Positions 1 through 10,466 of a stretch of 64,000 nucleotides of DNA are shown here, piece after piece. Location: the NCBI GenBank assembly GCA_965203485.1, contig OZ241892.1, positions 2,880,001 to 2,944,000 of the forward strand, written 5' to 3'. Source of the stretch: Longimicrobiales bacterium (lineage in GTDB: Bacteria; Gemmatimonadota; Gemmatimonadetes; Longimicrobiales; Gaopeijiaceae). Position 1 is the first letter of the stretch, and each line of letters starts with the position of its first letter. The notes below the pieces were generated by a model that saw nothing but the letters and a program-made list of their open reading frames with translations, made no database searches and was not told the DNA's origin. Position numbers and translations under genes: made by a program.

Positions 1-34
1 CGAGGGCCGCGTCTACTTGAAGCTCTGAGGCGAG

Positions 35-1294
35 ATGGGCACGGGCTCGCCAACCAACGCGGTTGCCGCGCTGGACGTGAACGCCGTCCGCAGGGACTTC
101 CCCATCTTGGACCAAGCGGTCGGCGGCAAGCCGCTCGTCTACTTGGACAGCGCCGCGTCGTCGCAGAAGCCGCGCCAAGTGATCGAAGCGGTCTCCGCTT
201 ACTACCTGAACGACCACGCCAACGTGCACCGAGGCGTGCACGAGCTTGCGCGCAGGGCGACGGAGGCGTACGAAGGCGCGCGCGCTCGCGTGGCGCAGTG
301 GCTGAACGCGACGAGCGCGGACGAGATCGTGTGGACTCGCGGCACGAGCGAGGCGCTCAACTTGGCCGCCTTCACGCTCGGCGAGAGCCGTGTGCGCAAC
401 GGCGACGAGATCGTCGTGTCGGAGATGGAGCACCACTCCAACTTGGTGCCGTGGCAACTGCTTGCAGGCCGGCGCGGCGCCGCGCTTCGGCACGTGGAAA
501 TCACCGACGACGGCCGACTGGACCTGGACAGCCTGGCTTCGCTGCTGGGCACGCGGACGCGGGTCGTGGCGCTGCCCCACGTGTCGAACGCCCTGGGCAC
601 GGTCAATCCGGTCGCCGAGATCGCCGGCATGGTCCGCGAGAAGTCCGCTGCCGTCCTTGTCCTGGACGGCGCGCAGGGCGTGCCGCACCTGCCGGTGGAC
701 GTGAGAGCGCTGGACTGCGACTTCTACGCCTTCTCGGCCCACAAGATGTGCGGCCCCACCGGCATCGGCGCATTGTGGGGGCGGAGCGCCCTGCTTGCCG
801 AGCTGCCGCCGTACCAAGGAGGCGGCGAGATGATCGAGCGCGTCTACCGCGACCACAGCGCCTGGACGACCCCGCCGCACAAGTTCGAGGCGGGCACGCC
901 GAACATCGCAGGCGCCGTGGGGATGCACGCCGCCGTCGAATACCTGGACGGTCTGGGCATGGCCGCCGTGCACGAGCACGAGTCCTCTCTGGGACGCCTG
1001 GCAAGCGCCCGGCTGTCCGAAATCGCCGGCCTGCGCATCCTCGGGCATCACGGCGCCAACCGCGCCGGCGTCGTCCCGTTCGTGGTCGACGGGGCGCCAG
1101 CCCAAGACGTCGCCACGATCTTGGACGCCGAGGGCATCGCCGTGCGGGCCGGGCACCACTGCGCGCAACTCGTGCTCGACCGCTACGGACTGCCCGCCAC
1201 CGTGCGCGCGTCGTTCTACCTCTACAACACCCCCGGCGAAGTGGAGCGGCTGGCCGACGGAGTTCGCTTGGCCACGGACATGCTTCGGCGCTAG
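35..1294 (+). CDS. sufS: SufS-family cysteine desulfurase (PLP-dependent, class V)
   Basis: VRRDFPIL, YLDSAASSQKP, NVHRGVH, FSAHKMCGPTGIG (PLP lysine), FEAGTP and VRAGHHCA (catalytic Cys) motifs. Confidence 0.93.
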   Translation: MGTGSPTNAVAALDVNAVRRDFPILDQAVGGKPLVYLDSAASSQKPRQVIEAVSAYYLNDHANVHRGVHELARRATEAYEGARARVAQWLNATSADEIVWTRGTSEALNLAAFTLGESRVRNGDEIVVSEMEHHSNLVPWQLLAGRRGAALRHVEITDDGRLDLDSLASLLGTRTRVVALPHVSNALGTVNPVAEIAGMVREKSAAVLVLDGAQGVPHLPVDVRALDCDFYAFSAHKMCGPTGIGALWGRSALLAELPPYQGGGEMIERVYRDHSAWTTPPHKFEAGTPNIAGAVGMHAAVEYLDGLGMAAVHEHESSLGRLASARLSEIAGLRILGHHGANRAGVVPFVVDGAPAQDVATILDAEGIAVRAGHHCAQLVLDRYGLPATVRASFYLYNTPGEVERLADGVRLATDMLRR

Positions 1295-1499
1295 GCGGAC
1301 GGCGCTACGGCCCGACGCGCACGCCGCGAAGCTCTCGGTGGCCGGCGCCGACGAACGCCAGCAACCAGGGGGCAACAGACAGAGGGCTCCCGCCGCCGGG
1401 GGTCGCCAGCGCGCGCCCGGCGTCCTGGATCACCTGCCGCGCGGAAGCAATCCGTCCGACCCATTGCCGAACGGTCCATCATTGCGCGCGTCGTCCGCG

Positions 1500-2930
1500 C
1501 TAGGCGAAGCGCCCGGGCAAGAATGGGCGCAGGTCCAGTCCGGGCTCTCGGCCGAGGACGAGTCGGGCCAAGGCCGCGCCGGTGGCCGGCGCCAACGTCA
1601 TGCCAAGCATTTGGTGGCCCGCGGCTACGTACGCGTTCTCGTATCCGGGCAACCGGCCGATCGCCGGGAGCGTGTCCGGCAGCATCGGGCGCATTCCGGT
1701 CCACGCGTGGGCGCTTCCGAGGCCGGGCACGTCCATCGAAGCATCGACGGCCTGCCGCAGGGCTTGGACGCGACGCTGGTCGAGACGGCGGTTGATGCCC
1801 GAGAACTCCATGCCGCCGAAGAAGCGCAAGGAGTCGCGATAAGGGGAGCCTCCGATCATTGCGCCCGCCAAGTAGACGGGACGGCGGAGTTGCTCGCGGG
1901 GCTTGTCGACGGTGAGGGAACAACCCTTGCCGGCGGTTGTCGGAAGCCAAGCGCCCAGACGACGGGCAAGCCGACCGGTTTGTGCGCCGGCGGCAAGGAC
2001 GACGGCGTCCGCATCGACGGAGACGACCCCGTTGCGGGGAGCAGCGGATGGCGTGCCCGACCCGCTGCGGCGCCGCGTACCGGATCGGCGTCCCGACGTT
2101 TCATTGCGAGAACCGCCGGGCGGCGTGCGCGGCCGCGCAACCGGCCCGTTGGCGCCCGGCGGCGGCGGCGCGAGGAACTGCGCGCCGGATGTCCGCGACC
2201 CGGCCTGCCGCCGACGCACGACGACGGCCCGCACCCGCCTGCACCCCGACGCTGCGATGCGCTCGGTCGCGAAACCCTCCGCGGCGGCGTGCTCGCGGAC
2301 GCGGGCGCCCCGGGCGCGCAACGCGTCGGCCAACCCCTTCGTCACAGTCTCGGGCCGCACGTGGCCCTCCGACTCGACCAGAAGCCCCCCGGCGCCGAAG
2401 CCGGGACGAAGCAGGGGCTCCATGTCGCAAAGTTCGTCGCATGCCACCGCCCGGGCGCCGACCCCCGCTCGCGAAACGGCGTCCATCTTCTGCTGGCGCG
2501 CGTCCTCGGCCTCGCGAAAGACGAAGAGAATGCCCCTGCGATGGCGCTCGAACGCCACGCCGTCCGACGCGAGTTCTTCGTAGCGGTCGTTGGCGCCCAA
2601 GGCCAGCGCCGCCAGCGCGCGCACTCCGCGGTCGTAGGCGACCAGCCCGCAGTGCCTGCGCATCGAGACGAGCCATCGCCAGATGCCCGGCGCAAGATGC
2701 TTCACGAACAGCGACTCGCCGACTCGGCGCGCCCGCCACAGCGATCGCCACGTCAAGTGCGGCCCGGCCACCGGCACCGCGAGCGACGGGCAAACCCATC
2801 CCCCGTTGCCCAGCGAGCACCCGCCGCCCACCCGGCCGGCTTCGGCCACCACGGGCTCGGCCCCGCCCTTCTGCAGGAAGTAGGCGACCGACAGGCCGAC
2901 GACCCCTCCGCCGACGACCACGACGCGCAT
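1500..2930 (-). CDS. FAD-dependent D-amino acid dehydrogenase/oxidase family protein (DadA-like)
   Basis: N-terminal GGGVVG Rossmann motif, GCSLGNGG, C-terminal WTGMRPMLPDTLPAIG and GHQMLGMTLAPATG; carries a low-complexity insertion at ~2020-2230. Confidence 0.85.
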   Translation of the reverse strand: MRVVVVGGGVVGLSVAYFLQKGGAEPVVAEAGRVGGGCSLGNGGWVCPSLAVPVAGPHLTWRSLWRARRVGESLFVKHLAPGIWRWLVSMRRHCGLVAYDRGVRALAALALGANDRYEELASDGVAFERHRRGILFVFREAEDARQQKMDAVSRAGVGARAVACDELCDMEPLLRPGFGAGGLLVESEGHVRPETVTKGLADALRARGARVREHAAAEGFATERIAASGCRRVRAVVVRRRQAGSRTSGAQFLAPPPPGANGPVARPRTPPGGSRNETSGRRSGTRRRSGSGTPSAAPRNGVVSVDADAVVLAAGAQTGRLARRLGAWLPTTAGKGCSLTVDKPREQLRRPVYLAGAMIGGSPYRDSLRFFGGMEFSGINRRLDQRRVQALRQAVDASMDVPGLGSAHAWTGMRPMLPDTLPAIGRLPGYENAYVAAGHQMLGMTLAPATGAALARLVLGREPGLDLRPFLPGRFA

Positions 2931-2948
2931 CCCGGGTGCGCCCCGGCT

Positions 2949-4727
2949 CTACCTCGGCGTGCCGGGATATCCCGGTCCGCGCACGATCCGGCCCGGCTTC
3001 GCGCCCGTGTGCGCACCGCCGCTCACCACATGCACGCCGTTGACGAACACCTCCTCCACGCCGACCGAGAGCTGGTGCGGCTCCTGGAACGTGGCGCGGT
3101 CGGCGACCGTCTCGGGGTCGAAGACCACCACGTCGGCGTACATGCCCGGACGGAGCAAGCCGCGGTCGGCGATCGACAGCCGGGCGGCGACAGCCGAACT
3201 CATCTTCCGAACGGCGTCTTCGAGTGCGATCACGCCCTGTTCCCGCACGTACCTGCCCAGTATGCGAGGATACGTTCCGTAGGCGCGCGGGTGCGTCATG
3301 CCCACTGCCGCCCCGGGATCGAAGCCTCCGGCGTCCGTGCCGAACTTGATCCACGGTTGGCGAAGCTGCAGCGCCACGTTCTCCTCGCTCATCATGAAGA
3401 TCACCATGCCGACGCGCCCGCCCGTCGCCAGCACCAGCTCGATCGCCGCGTCGGCCCAGTCCACGCCCATTGCGGCGGCGATCTCCGACAGACGCATCCC
3501 CGCGTACTGGTCCACGCCGCTGGGCTCGCCGTCCGGTCCCGTGGCGGCCGCGTAGGTGACCAGCACGCCCTCGGGCGTGGCAAGCTCGCCGAGGTTCTCC
3601 CAGTCGCCTCGGCCTGCCGTCACCTCGTCGTGGACTCGTCGGCGAACCGCAGGATCGGCCAAGTTCTCCAGCAACGCGCCGCCCTCGGACGCCCACGGAG
3701 GAAGCAACGCCGGAAGGCCCGTGCTACCGGCCGTGTACGGGTACATGTTGGCTTGCACGTCGACGCCTGCCGCGCGCGCCGAGTCGATCTTGGCGATGGC
3801 CAGGCGGGCCTTGTGGTGGTTGCGCAGGCCGGCCGCCTTCAGATGGTATATCTCCACGGCAACGCCGGCGCGTTCGCCGATTTCGATGGCCTCGTCCATG
3901 GCCTCGAGCAACCGGTCCGCCTCCGAGCGCAGGTGCGTGACGTACACGCCCCCGTACGACGCCGACGCGGCGACGACTTCGGCGAGCTCGTCCGTGGAGG
4001 CAAAGGCGCCGGGCGGATAGATGAGAGCGCTGGCGACGCCGAACGCGCCGTCTTCCATGGCGCGCCGAACGGCTGCCCGCATGGTGTCGAGTTCCGCTTC
4101 GGTCGCGGGACCGGCGGCTTCGCCCTTCCCGTAGACCCGGATCGTGGTGGCCCCCACAAAGGAGCCCACGTTCGGAGAAACGCCGTTCGCCTCCATGGCG
4201 CGCAACCAGCCGTCGAACCCGCGCGGCCCCCTGAAGTCCGGCGTCTCTCCCTCCTGGCGGTCGATGCGGGCGGCTTCGTCGGTGTGCCGATTGGCCGGCG
4301 CGTTGGTGGAGCCCTCGCCCAGGATCTCGGTGGTGATCCCCTGCGTGATCTTGCTCAGCACGCGTCCGTCGCCCCAAAGGAGCGCGCCCCGCGAATGCGA
4401 CTGGATGTCGATGAATCCGGGCGAGACCACCTTCCCCGCCACATCGATGCGAACCCGGGCATCATGGCCCGCCAAGCGCCCCGCGGGCACGACGGCGGCG
4501 ATGCGGTCGCCCGCAATGCCCACGTCGCCGTGGAACCAAGCGGCCCCGGTGCCGTCCACGACGCGGCCGCCCTGGATGATCACGTCCATGGTTGCGTGGG
4601 ACGCGACTGAATCGTCAGCTGGAGGCGGGCAAGCGAACACCGCGGCCACCGAAAGGAACACCAACACGCAGGCGACAGTCCGGCGACGGGCGGTGGACGT
4701 CGGCGACGACGGAGCAAGCGAACTCAT
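2949..4727 (-). CDS. N-acyl-D-amino-acid deacylase (D-aminoacylase, amidohydrolase family), probable lipoprotein
   Basis: DVIIQGGRVVDGTG, PGFIDIQSHS, THLRSE, HPRAYGTYPRILGRYVRE and ADVVVFDP motifs; hydrophobic stretch ending VFAC resembles a lipobox; start taken at MSSLAP (ATG 4727). Confidence 0.85.
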   Translation of the reverse strand: MSSLAPSSPTSTARRRTVACVLVFLSVAAVFACPPPADDSVASHATMDVIIQGGRVVDGTGAAWFHGDVGIAGDRIAAVVPAGRLAGHDARVRIDVAGKVVSPGFIDIQSHSRGALLWGDGRVLSKITQGITTEILGEGSTNAPANRHTDEAARIDRQEGETPDFRGPRGFDGWLRAMEANGVSPNVGSFVGATTIRVYGKGEAAGPATEAELDTMRAAVRRAMEDGAFGVASALIYPPGAFASTDELAEVVAASASYGGVYVTHLRSEADRLLEAMDEAIEIGERAGVAVEIYHLKAAGLRNHHKARLAIAKIDSARAAGVDVQANMYPYTAGSTGLPALLPPWASEGGALLENLADPAVRRRVHDEVTAGRGDWENLGELATPEGVLVTYAAATGPDGEPSGVDQYAGMRLSEIAAAMGVDWADAAIELVLATGGRVGMVIFMMSEENVALQLRQPWIKFGTDAGGFDPGAAVGMTHPRAYGTYPRILGRYVREQGVIALEDAVRKMSSAVAARLSIADRGLLRPGMYADVVVFDPETVADRATFQEPHQLSVGVEEVFVNGVHVVSGGAHTGAKPGRIVRGPGYPGTPR

Positions 4728-4777
4728 GTGGACCCGAGCGGGGCCCCGCCGATCCGCCTTCGTCGCCGAACGCGCGC

Positions 4778-5566
4778 TCACAATCCCCATATCACGAGCA
4801 GCTGCACCACGTTGTCGCTGGCATCGGCGCCGAGCTTGTTCTTCCAGTATTGGTATTCTATGCCGACGAACAGCTTGTTTCCGTCTCCTCCACCGACCTT
4901 GCTCAAGTCCCACGCCAACTGAGGCTGCGCCAGTATCCATCCCTTCACTTCTTGGCCGAGTTCGTTGGTGACGGCCGCGTTGTACTCGGCGTGGCCCGAG
5001 AAGCGGAAGGCCTGCGATCCGATCGAGAATCCGGCGCCCCAGTTGACATCGGCCACGAACCCGTCGTCGGTCGCAGGCGCGCCGCCCCGATCCACTCCGT
5101 TGCTGGCGTCCACGACCAGGGCGAAGTCGGTGTTGACGAAGTAGAAGCCCGGGACGTCCCACGACGCTCGGACGCCCGGCAGGTACTTGACGGCGTTCGC
5201 GTCGGTCTCCACGGTCACGCCCGCGATCAGGCCGATGTCCCGAAGCCGCCCCACGCCGACCTTGCGGTTCGCCAGCTTCCCCAGGCTAAGCGTCGGATAC
5301 CATTCGCCGTAGAAGGTCTTGTCGTTGAAGTCGTCGTCGACGCCGTCGTCCAGGTAGTCGACGAAGAAGAACGTGTCGCCGAAGCGCCACTGTGCGGCAT
5401 GCTGGATCGTCACGATGGGCGTGCCGTGGTGTTCGCCCGAGAACGGATTGACGAGACGGCCGTACTGGAAGTGGAACTCGAGTTGCGCGGCGGCCGCGGA
5501 CGGCAAGGTCGCGGCCACGGCTGGCGCGAGGCTCCACAGCGCCCGGCGGAAGGATCGGCGGCTCAT
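4778..5566 (-). CDS. Outer-membrane beta-barrel, Tsx/DUF5020-like nucleoside or small-solute channel
   Basis: Signal peptide ending AAAAQ; WRFGDTFFFVD, YGEWYP and GIEYQYWKNKLG; alternating aromatic strands. This is the C-terminal part of the 4778..8062 ORF. Confidence 0.7.
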   Translation of the reverse strand: MSRRSFRRALWSLAPAVAATLPSAAAAQLEFHFQYGRLVNPFSGEHHGTPIVTIQHAAQWRFGDTFFFVDYLDDGVDDDFNDKTFYGEWYPTLSLGKLANRKVGVGRLRDIGLIAGVTVETDANAVKYLPGVRASWDVPGFYFVNTDFALVVDASNGVDRGGAPATDDGFVADVNWGAGFSIGSQAFRFSGHAEYNAAVTNELGQEVKGWILAQPQLAWDLSKVGGGDGNKLFVGIEYQYWKNKLGADASDNVVQLLVIWGL

Positions 5567-5863
5567 CGGTACGACTCCTTCCGTCGGTGGCCCAAGGGGC
5601 GCGGGCCATGCAGGACCGTTTGCGGCGATGACGGACGATACGGGAACGCTGGCCGGCCAGCAAGTTGCCGCGCGGCGCCGTTCGGCCGGCCGAGCGCCGA
5701 GTCGGCGTCCACGGTCGGGCTTGCAACCGGCACGGGACCGGCAACCGTTCGGCGCGTTGAAGCGTCGGTTCATGTGGACATGGGCCCGAGTCGGCGTCAA
5801 GTTGATCAATGGGGCGGCGGGCGGCGCGTCGGACGGCCCCCTTGTCCCGAGCGCGGCAGAACG

Positions 5864-7801
5864 ATGGAACGGAGGAAGCAACGGATGTCGGCAATCGGGC
5901 GGCTGTGGTCCGAGTTGCGCCGTCGCCACGTGTTCAAGGCGGGCGGCGTCTACGCCGTGGCGGCCTTCATCGTGTTGCAGCTCGGCGAGATCGTGCTTCC
6001 GGCGTTCGGCACGCCGGCGTGGGGGCTTCAGTCGCTCGTGATCTGCGCGTTCCTGGGGTTGCCGGTGGTGCTGTGCTTCGCGTGGGCATACGACTTGGCG
6101 CCGGGGGCGAGGCTGCGGAGGACATCGAGCGCCGGGGGCGAGGACGCCGGTCCGGTCGCGCCCCGCTTGGCGTTGCTGGCGGTGACCGCCGGTTCGGCCA
6201 CGCTCGCCGCGTTCTGGCTCGGCAGGACCTTGATCCCGCAAGCGCCGGACCCCGACGCCGAAGCGTCGGCGCCGGGGCTCCATGGTGGACAGACTTCGGA
6301 CGCCGCTTCGTTCGCCCGGCTCGATCCGGACGAGCCCGTCACCGCGCTCGCCGTGCTTCCGCTCGCCGACTTGGCCGAAGGAGACGACCTCTTCGCGCGC
6401 CAGTTGCACGACGAGATCGTCAACGAGCTGGTCCGCACTACGACCTTGCGCGTCGCCTCGCGGGCGTCCGCCGAACGGTACGCCGGCACGCCCATGACGC
6501 TGCCCGAGATCGCGCGCGACCTTCGCGTGCAGGCGGTGGTCACCGGCTCCGTGGCGATGACGGCCGGAAGCGACAGCGTGCGGATCAGCGTCCAACTGCT
6601 GCACGCGGCGTCCGACACGCACCTGCTGGCCAAGACGTTCCAGCGCGAAATGAAGGACGTCCTGCGCCTCCAGACCGAAGTGGCCGCCGAAATCGCGGCC
6701 GCCGTGCGGGGCGAAGTGGAGGAGGACGCGGGCCAGAGGGTCGCGGAGACGGAGGGCACCGCCGGAGCCGGAGCGCGGCCGCGCCGGGTCGCAGCGGTGA
6801 GCCCTGCGGCAATCCGGGCCTACTTTCGCGGCCGCGACGCGTTGCGCCGAAGCCGGCCGCGGGCGCACGAGGCGCTCGATCACTTTGCGGCCGCGTTGGC
6901 GGCCGACTCGTCCTTCGCGGGGGCGTGGGCCGGCTTGGCCGAGGCCGGCCTGGTCGCGATGCTGGAGGCCGGGCAGAACGGCGAGGACGTTCGGGAGACG
7001 GTGGGCGAGGTGGCGGACGCCTTGCGCAGAGCCGAGGAACTCGGGGGCGACGCCGAGGATCTGGCGGCAGCCCGGGTTGTGCTGGCTGGCTTGGCGGGCG
7101 ATCCGGTCGCGGCGGACGCGAATCCCCGGATCGCCTTGCACGTCAGGGACTTCACTTGGCTCGGGCGGCTGGCGGCGGCCCGCCGAGAAGAGCGGGAACC
7201 GGGCGGCCCCGCCGAAGCGCCTGGAGACGCCCGCCGAGTGCGCTCGGACGGCGACGCGTGGCACATGGCGGAAGCAGGCCGGTACGACAGCGCGGCCGCG
7301 TTGTTCCGCACGATACTGGCCACCGATTCGGTCCGCAGGAGCGCCTGGAGAGGACTCGAAGAAATGCACCTTCTGCTCGGCAACTACGCCCATGCCGCTG
7401 AAACGAGGGCGCGGGCGGCGCTGGCGGCGCGCGACGGCGCAACCCCTCCCGAGCAACGGGCACGGACGATCCGCCACGCATTCGTGCCGTCCGACCCGGC
7501 CAGCTATTGGCACGCCCGCAAGTCCGACAACGAGCTTCGGGAGGCGCACGGCGAACACGTTGCACAGCTGGAATGGGCGCAGACGGCGCTCGGGCTCGGC
7601 GACGAGGACGAAGCCCTGCGCCGACTCGAGAGCGCGGTGGCCGAAGGCGAGCCGGTGCTGGGCACGCTCCGCGGCAATCCCCTTTGGGATCCGCTCCGCG
7701 ACCGTCCCGAGTTCCGCGCGCTCGCCGACCGCGCGCGGCAACGCTGGACGGCGCTCGGCCGCGGCGAGCTCGGGAGACGCCCGCAGCCACCGCCGAAGTA
7801 A
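5864..7801 (+). CDS. Membrane-anchored TolB-N-like + TPR-repeat protein
   Basis: LWSELRRRHVFKAGGVYAVAAF followed by TM helices, LAVLPLADL...VASRASA TolB-like domain, TPR helices and terminal NPLWDPLRDRPEF motif. Confidence 0.75.
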   Translation: MERRKQRMSAIGRLWSELRRRHVFKAGGVYAVAAFIVLQLGEIVLPAFGTPAWGLQSLVICAFLGLPVVLCFAWAYDLAPGARLRRTSSAGGEDAGPVAPRLALLAVTAGSATLAAFWLGRTLIPQAPDPDAEASAPGLHGGQTSDAASFARLDPDEPVTALAVLPLADLAEGDDLFARQLHDEIVNELVRTTTLRVASRASAERYAGTPMTLPEIARDLRVQAVVTGSVAMTAGSDSVRISVQLLHAASDTHLLAKTFQREMKDVLRLQTEVAAEIAAAVRGEVEEDAGQRVAETEGTAGAGARPRRVAAVSPAAIRAYFRGRDALRRSRPRAHEALDHFAAALAADSSFAGAWAGLAEAGLVAMLEAGQNGEDVRETVGEVADALRRAEELGGDAEDLAAARVVLAGLAGDPVAADANPRIALHVRDFTWLGRLAAARREEREPGGPAEAPGDARRVRSDGDAWHMAEAGRYDSAAALFRTILATDSVRRSAWRGLEEMHLLLGNYAHAAETRARAALAARDGATPPEQRARTIRHAFVPSDPASYWHARKSDNELREAHGEHVAQLEWAQTALGLGDEDEALRRLESAVAEGEPVLGTLRGNPLWDPLRDRPEFRALADRARQRWTALGRGELGRRPQPPPK

Positions 7802-8116
7802 GGGGTCCACGCGGACGAATCTAGGTCGCGCCCGTGGCCGGCCTCCAAGCCGCCGCTGCACGTGATCCGGCGCGCGGCATGGAGAAGCCGGTCCGCAGGA
7901 CGCGCTGGCCGCGGCGGGCGCCTCGGTCCGAGCGCCGTCACTCGTCCGAACCCGCAACGGTCGTCTCCGCTGTCGCGAGGTCGTTCGGTCGCCGCCCCGC
8001 AGCGTCCCGACGCAACCGCGGCCTCGCGGACGTTGCGGCCCAGTCCTGCTGCGGGCGGCCACGGCCGGTCGCTACATTTCCCGGTCGCGCCCCTCTTCCC
8101 CAGAAACGGACCGATC

Positions 8117-10399
8117 ATGAAAACGCTCTCGCGCCGACGCGCAGGCACGTTCGCACTCGCCGCTTTCGCCAGCCTTCTCGCCGGATTCGCCGCCGTGCCG
8201 GCGGTCGCGCAGGACGCCGAGGAGAACGGTTCCGTCCTCGGATTCACGCCCGGGTCGTCGGCCGCGCAACGCGACTTGGAGGCGCGCTACGACGAAGCCC
8301 TGAGCGCCGACAATTTGCGCGAGTGGATGCAGTACATCGTGTCGGCGCCGATTTATGTGGGTTCGCCGCACAACAAGGCGACCGCCGATTGGATGGTCGA
8401 GCAGTTCCGCTCGTGGGGCTACGAGGCGGAGCTGGAGCGCTTCGACGTGCTGTTTCCGATGCCGAGGATACGCGAGCTGGAGATGCTGTCGCCGCGTCCG
8501 TACACGGCGCGGCTGCGCGAGCCCGCCTTGGCCGAGGACCGCACTTCGGGCATCGAGGAGAACCGGTTGCCGCCGTACAACGCGTTTTCAGCGGACGGCG
8601 AAGTGACGGGTGAACTCGTCTATGTGAACTACGGCGTGCCTGCGGACTACGAGGAGCTCGAGCGCAGGGGCATCGACGTGCGGGGCAAGATCGTGATCGC
8701 GCGCTACGGGGGCTCGTGGCGCGGCATCAAGCCCAAGGTGGCGCACGAGATGGGAGCGATCGGCGCGATCTTGTACTCGGATCCGAGGGACGACGGCTAC
8801 TTTCGGGGCGACACGTATCCGGAGGGTCCGTTTCGCCAAGAGCACGGCGTGCAGTTTGGGTCGGTGCTGGACATGCCGCAGTATCCGGGCGACCCGCTGA
8901 CGCCGGGAATCGGCGCGACGCAGGACGCTCAGCGGCTGGACCGCATGGAGGCGCCCACGATCATGAAGATTCCCGTGCTGCCCATCTCGTGGGGCGACGC
9001 CAAGCCGCTCCTGGAGGCCATGGAGGGTCCGGTGGCCCCGGCGTCGTGGAGAGGCGCGCTGCCGCTGACGTACCACTTGGGCCCGGGGCCTGCGCGGGTG
9101 CGGCTGAAGCTGGAGTTCGACTGGAGCGTCACGCCCGCGTACAACGTGATCGCAAGGGTCCGCGGGGCCGAGTTTCCGGACGAATGGATCGTTCGCGGCA
9201 ACCACAGGGACGGCTGGGCGATGGGCGCCGCCGACCCCACCAGCGGCATGGTCGCGCTCATGGAGGAAGCACGCTCGATCGGACGCCTGATGGAGGCCGG
9301 ATGGCGTCCTCGCCGCACGATCGTGTACGCGGGATGGGATGCCGAAGAGCCCGCCTTGCTGGGGTCCACGGAATGGGCCGAGCATCACGCGAACGAGCTC
9401 AAGGAGCACGCCGTTGCATACATAAACACGGACGGCAACAACAGAGGCTTTCTGAGCATGGGTGGCTCGCACAGCCTGGAGGCGATGATCAACGGAGTGG
9501 CGCGCGAGGTCGCGGACCCGCAGACCGGCGTCAGCGTGTTCGAGCGCTTGCGGGCCGCACGGGCTGTCGGAGGCGACCCGGAAGCGATGTCGCGGTTCGA
9601 CTTGCGCATTTCTCCCTTGGGATCCGGCTCGGACTACACGCCCTTCTTGCAGCACTTGGGACTTCCCTCGCTCAACCTGAGCTTCGGCGGCGAGGGCGGC
9701 GGCGGATCGTATCACTCGCAGTACGATTCCTTCGACCACTACACGCGCTTCGGCGACCCCAGCTTCCAGTACGGAGTTGCGCTGGCCAAGGTGGCCGGGC
9801 GCGCCACGCTGCGCCTGGCCGCCGCGGACGTGCTGCCCTATCGCTTCAGCGGCTTGGCCGACAACGTGCGCCGCTATCTCGGCGAAGTGGAGAAGCTGGC
9901 CGCGGACTTGCGAGCCGACACCGAGCGCGAGAACGCCTTGGTGGAGGCGGACGCGTACAAGCTGGCGGCCGACCCGACGCTTGCCTATGTGCCGCCCCAG
10001 GCGAAGGGAGCCGTGCCTCATCTCAACTTCGCGCCGGTGCGCAACGCCTTGGCGGCGCTCGAGGCGACCGCTTGGAAGTACGACGCGGCGATGACAAACG
10101 CGCTGGCAACGGATTCCGGCCCGGCGGCCGCGGCGGCCGTCAACGCGCGAGTTCGCAAGGTCGAGCAGCTCCTGACGGACGAGCGCGGCTTGCCCAAGCG
10201 ACCTTGGTTCAAGCACCAGATCTACGCGCCCGGATTCTACACCGGCTACGGCGTGAAGACGCTGCCGGGGATTCGCGAGGCGATCGAGGAAAGGGAGTGG
10301 GACTTGGTGCCCGTGCAGATGGACCGGCTCGCCGAGGCGATTCGGCGGGCCGCCGCCGCGATGGACGAGGCGTCGGCGGCCTTGACCGGGTCGGGATAG
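8117..10399 (+). CDS. M28B glutamate carboxypeptidase II-like peptidase (PA domain + transferrin-receptor-like dimerisation domain), secreted
   Basis: Signal peptide; VYVNYG/GKIVIARYG PA domain; GNHRDGW, DPTSG, WDAEE, GSGSDY and YHSQYD metal-ligand motifs. Confidence 0.9.
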   Translation: MKTLSRRRAGTFALAAFASLLAGFAAVPAVAQDAEENGSVLGFTPGSSAAQRDLEARYDEALSADNLREWMQYIVSAPIYVGSPHNKATADWMVEQFRSWGYEAELERFDVLFPMPRIRELEMLSPRPYTARLREPALAEDRTSGIEENRLPPYNAFSADGEVTGELVYVNYGVPADYEELERRGIDVRGKIVIARYGGSWRGIKPKVAHEMGAIGAILYSDPRDDGYFRGDTYPEGPFRQEHGVQFGSVLDMPQYPGDPLTPGIGATQDAQRLDRMEAPTIMKIPVLPISWGDAKPLLEAMEGPVAPASWRGALPLTYHLGPGPARVRLKLEFDWSVTPAYNVIARVRGAEFPDEWIVRGNHRDGWAMGAADPTSGMVALMEEARSIGRLMEAGWRPRRTIVYAGWDAEEPALLGSTEWAEHHANELKEHAVAYINTDGNNRGFLSMGGSHSLEAMINGVAREVADPQTGVSVFERLRAARAVGGDPEAMSRFDLRISPLGSGSDYTPFLQHLGLPSLNLSFGGEGGGGSYHSQYDSFDHYTRFGDPSFQYGVALAKVAGRATLRLAAADVLPYRFSGLADNVRRYLGEVEKLAADLRADTERENALVEADAYKLAADPTLAYVPPQAKGAVPHLNFAPVRNALAALEATAWKYDAAMTNALATDSGPAAAAAVNARVRKVEQLLTDERGLPKRPWFKHQIYAPGFYTGYGVKTLPGIREAIEEREWDLVPVQMDRLAEAIRRAAAAMDEASAALTGSG

Positions 10400-10466
10400 G
10401 CGGCTTCGGCAGTCCGCCCAAGACACGCCGCCGACCGCCCGCAACGGCCGGGGCCGCGCTCCCGGC

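Noticed and set aside
1338..4610. 1090-aa plus-strand ORF and similar very long ORFs (17436..21305, 23095..26382, 33285..37724, 33547..37062, 45099..48428)
   Set aside because: Antisense or off-frame shadows of motif-supported genes; Arg/Pro/Gly-rich and expected in high-GC DNA
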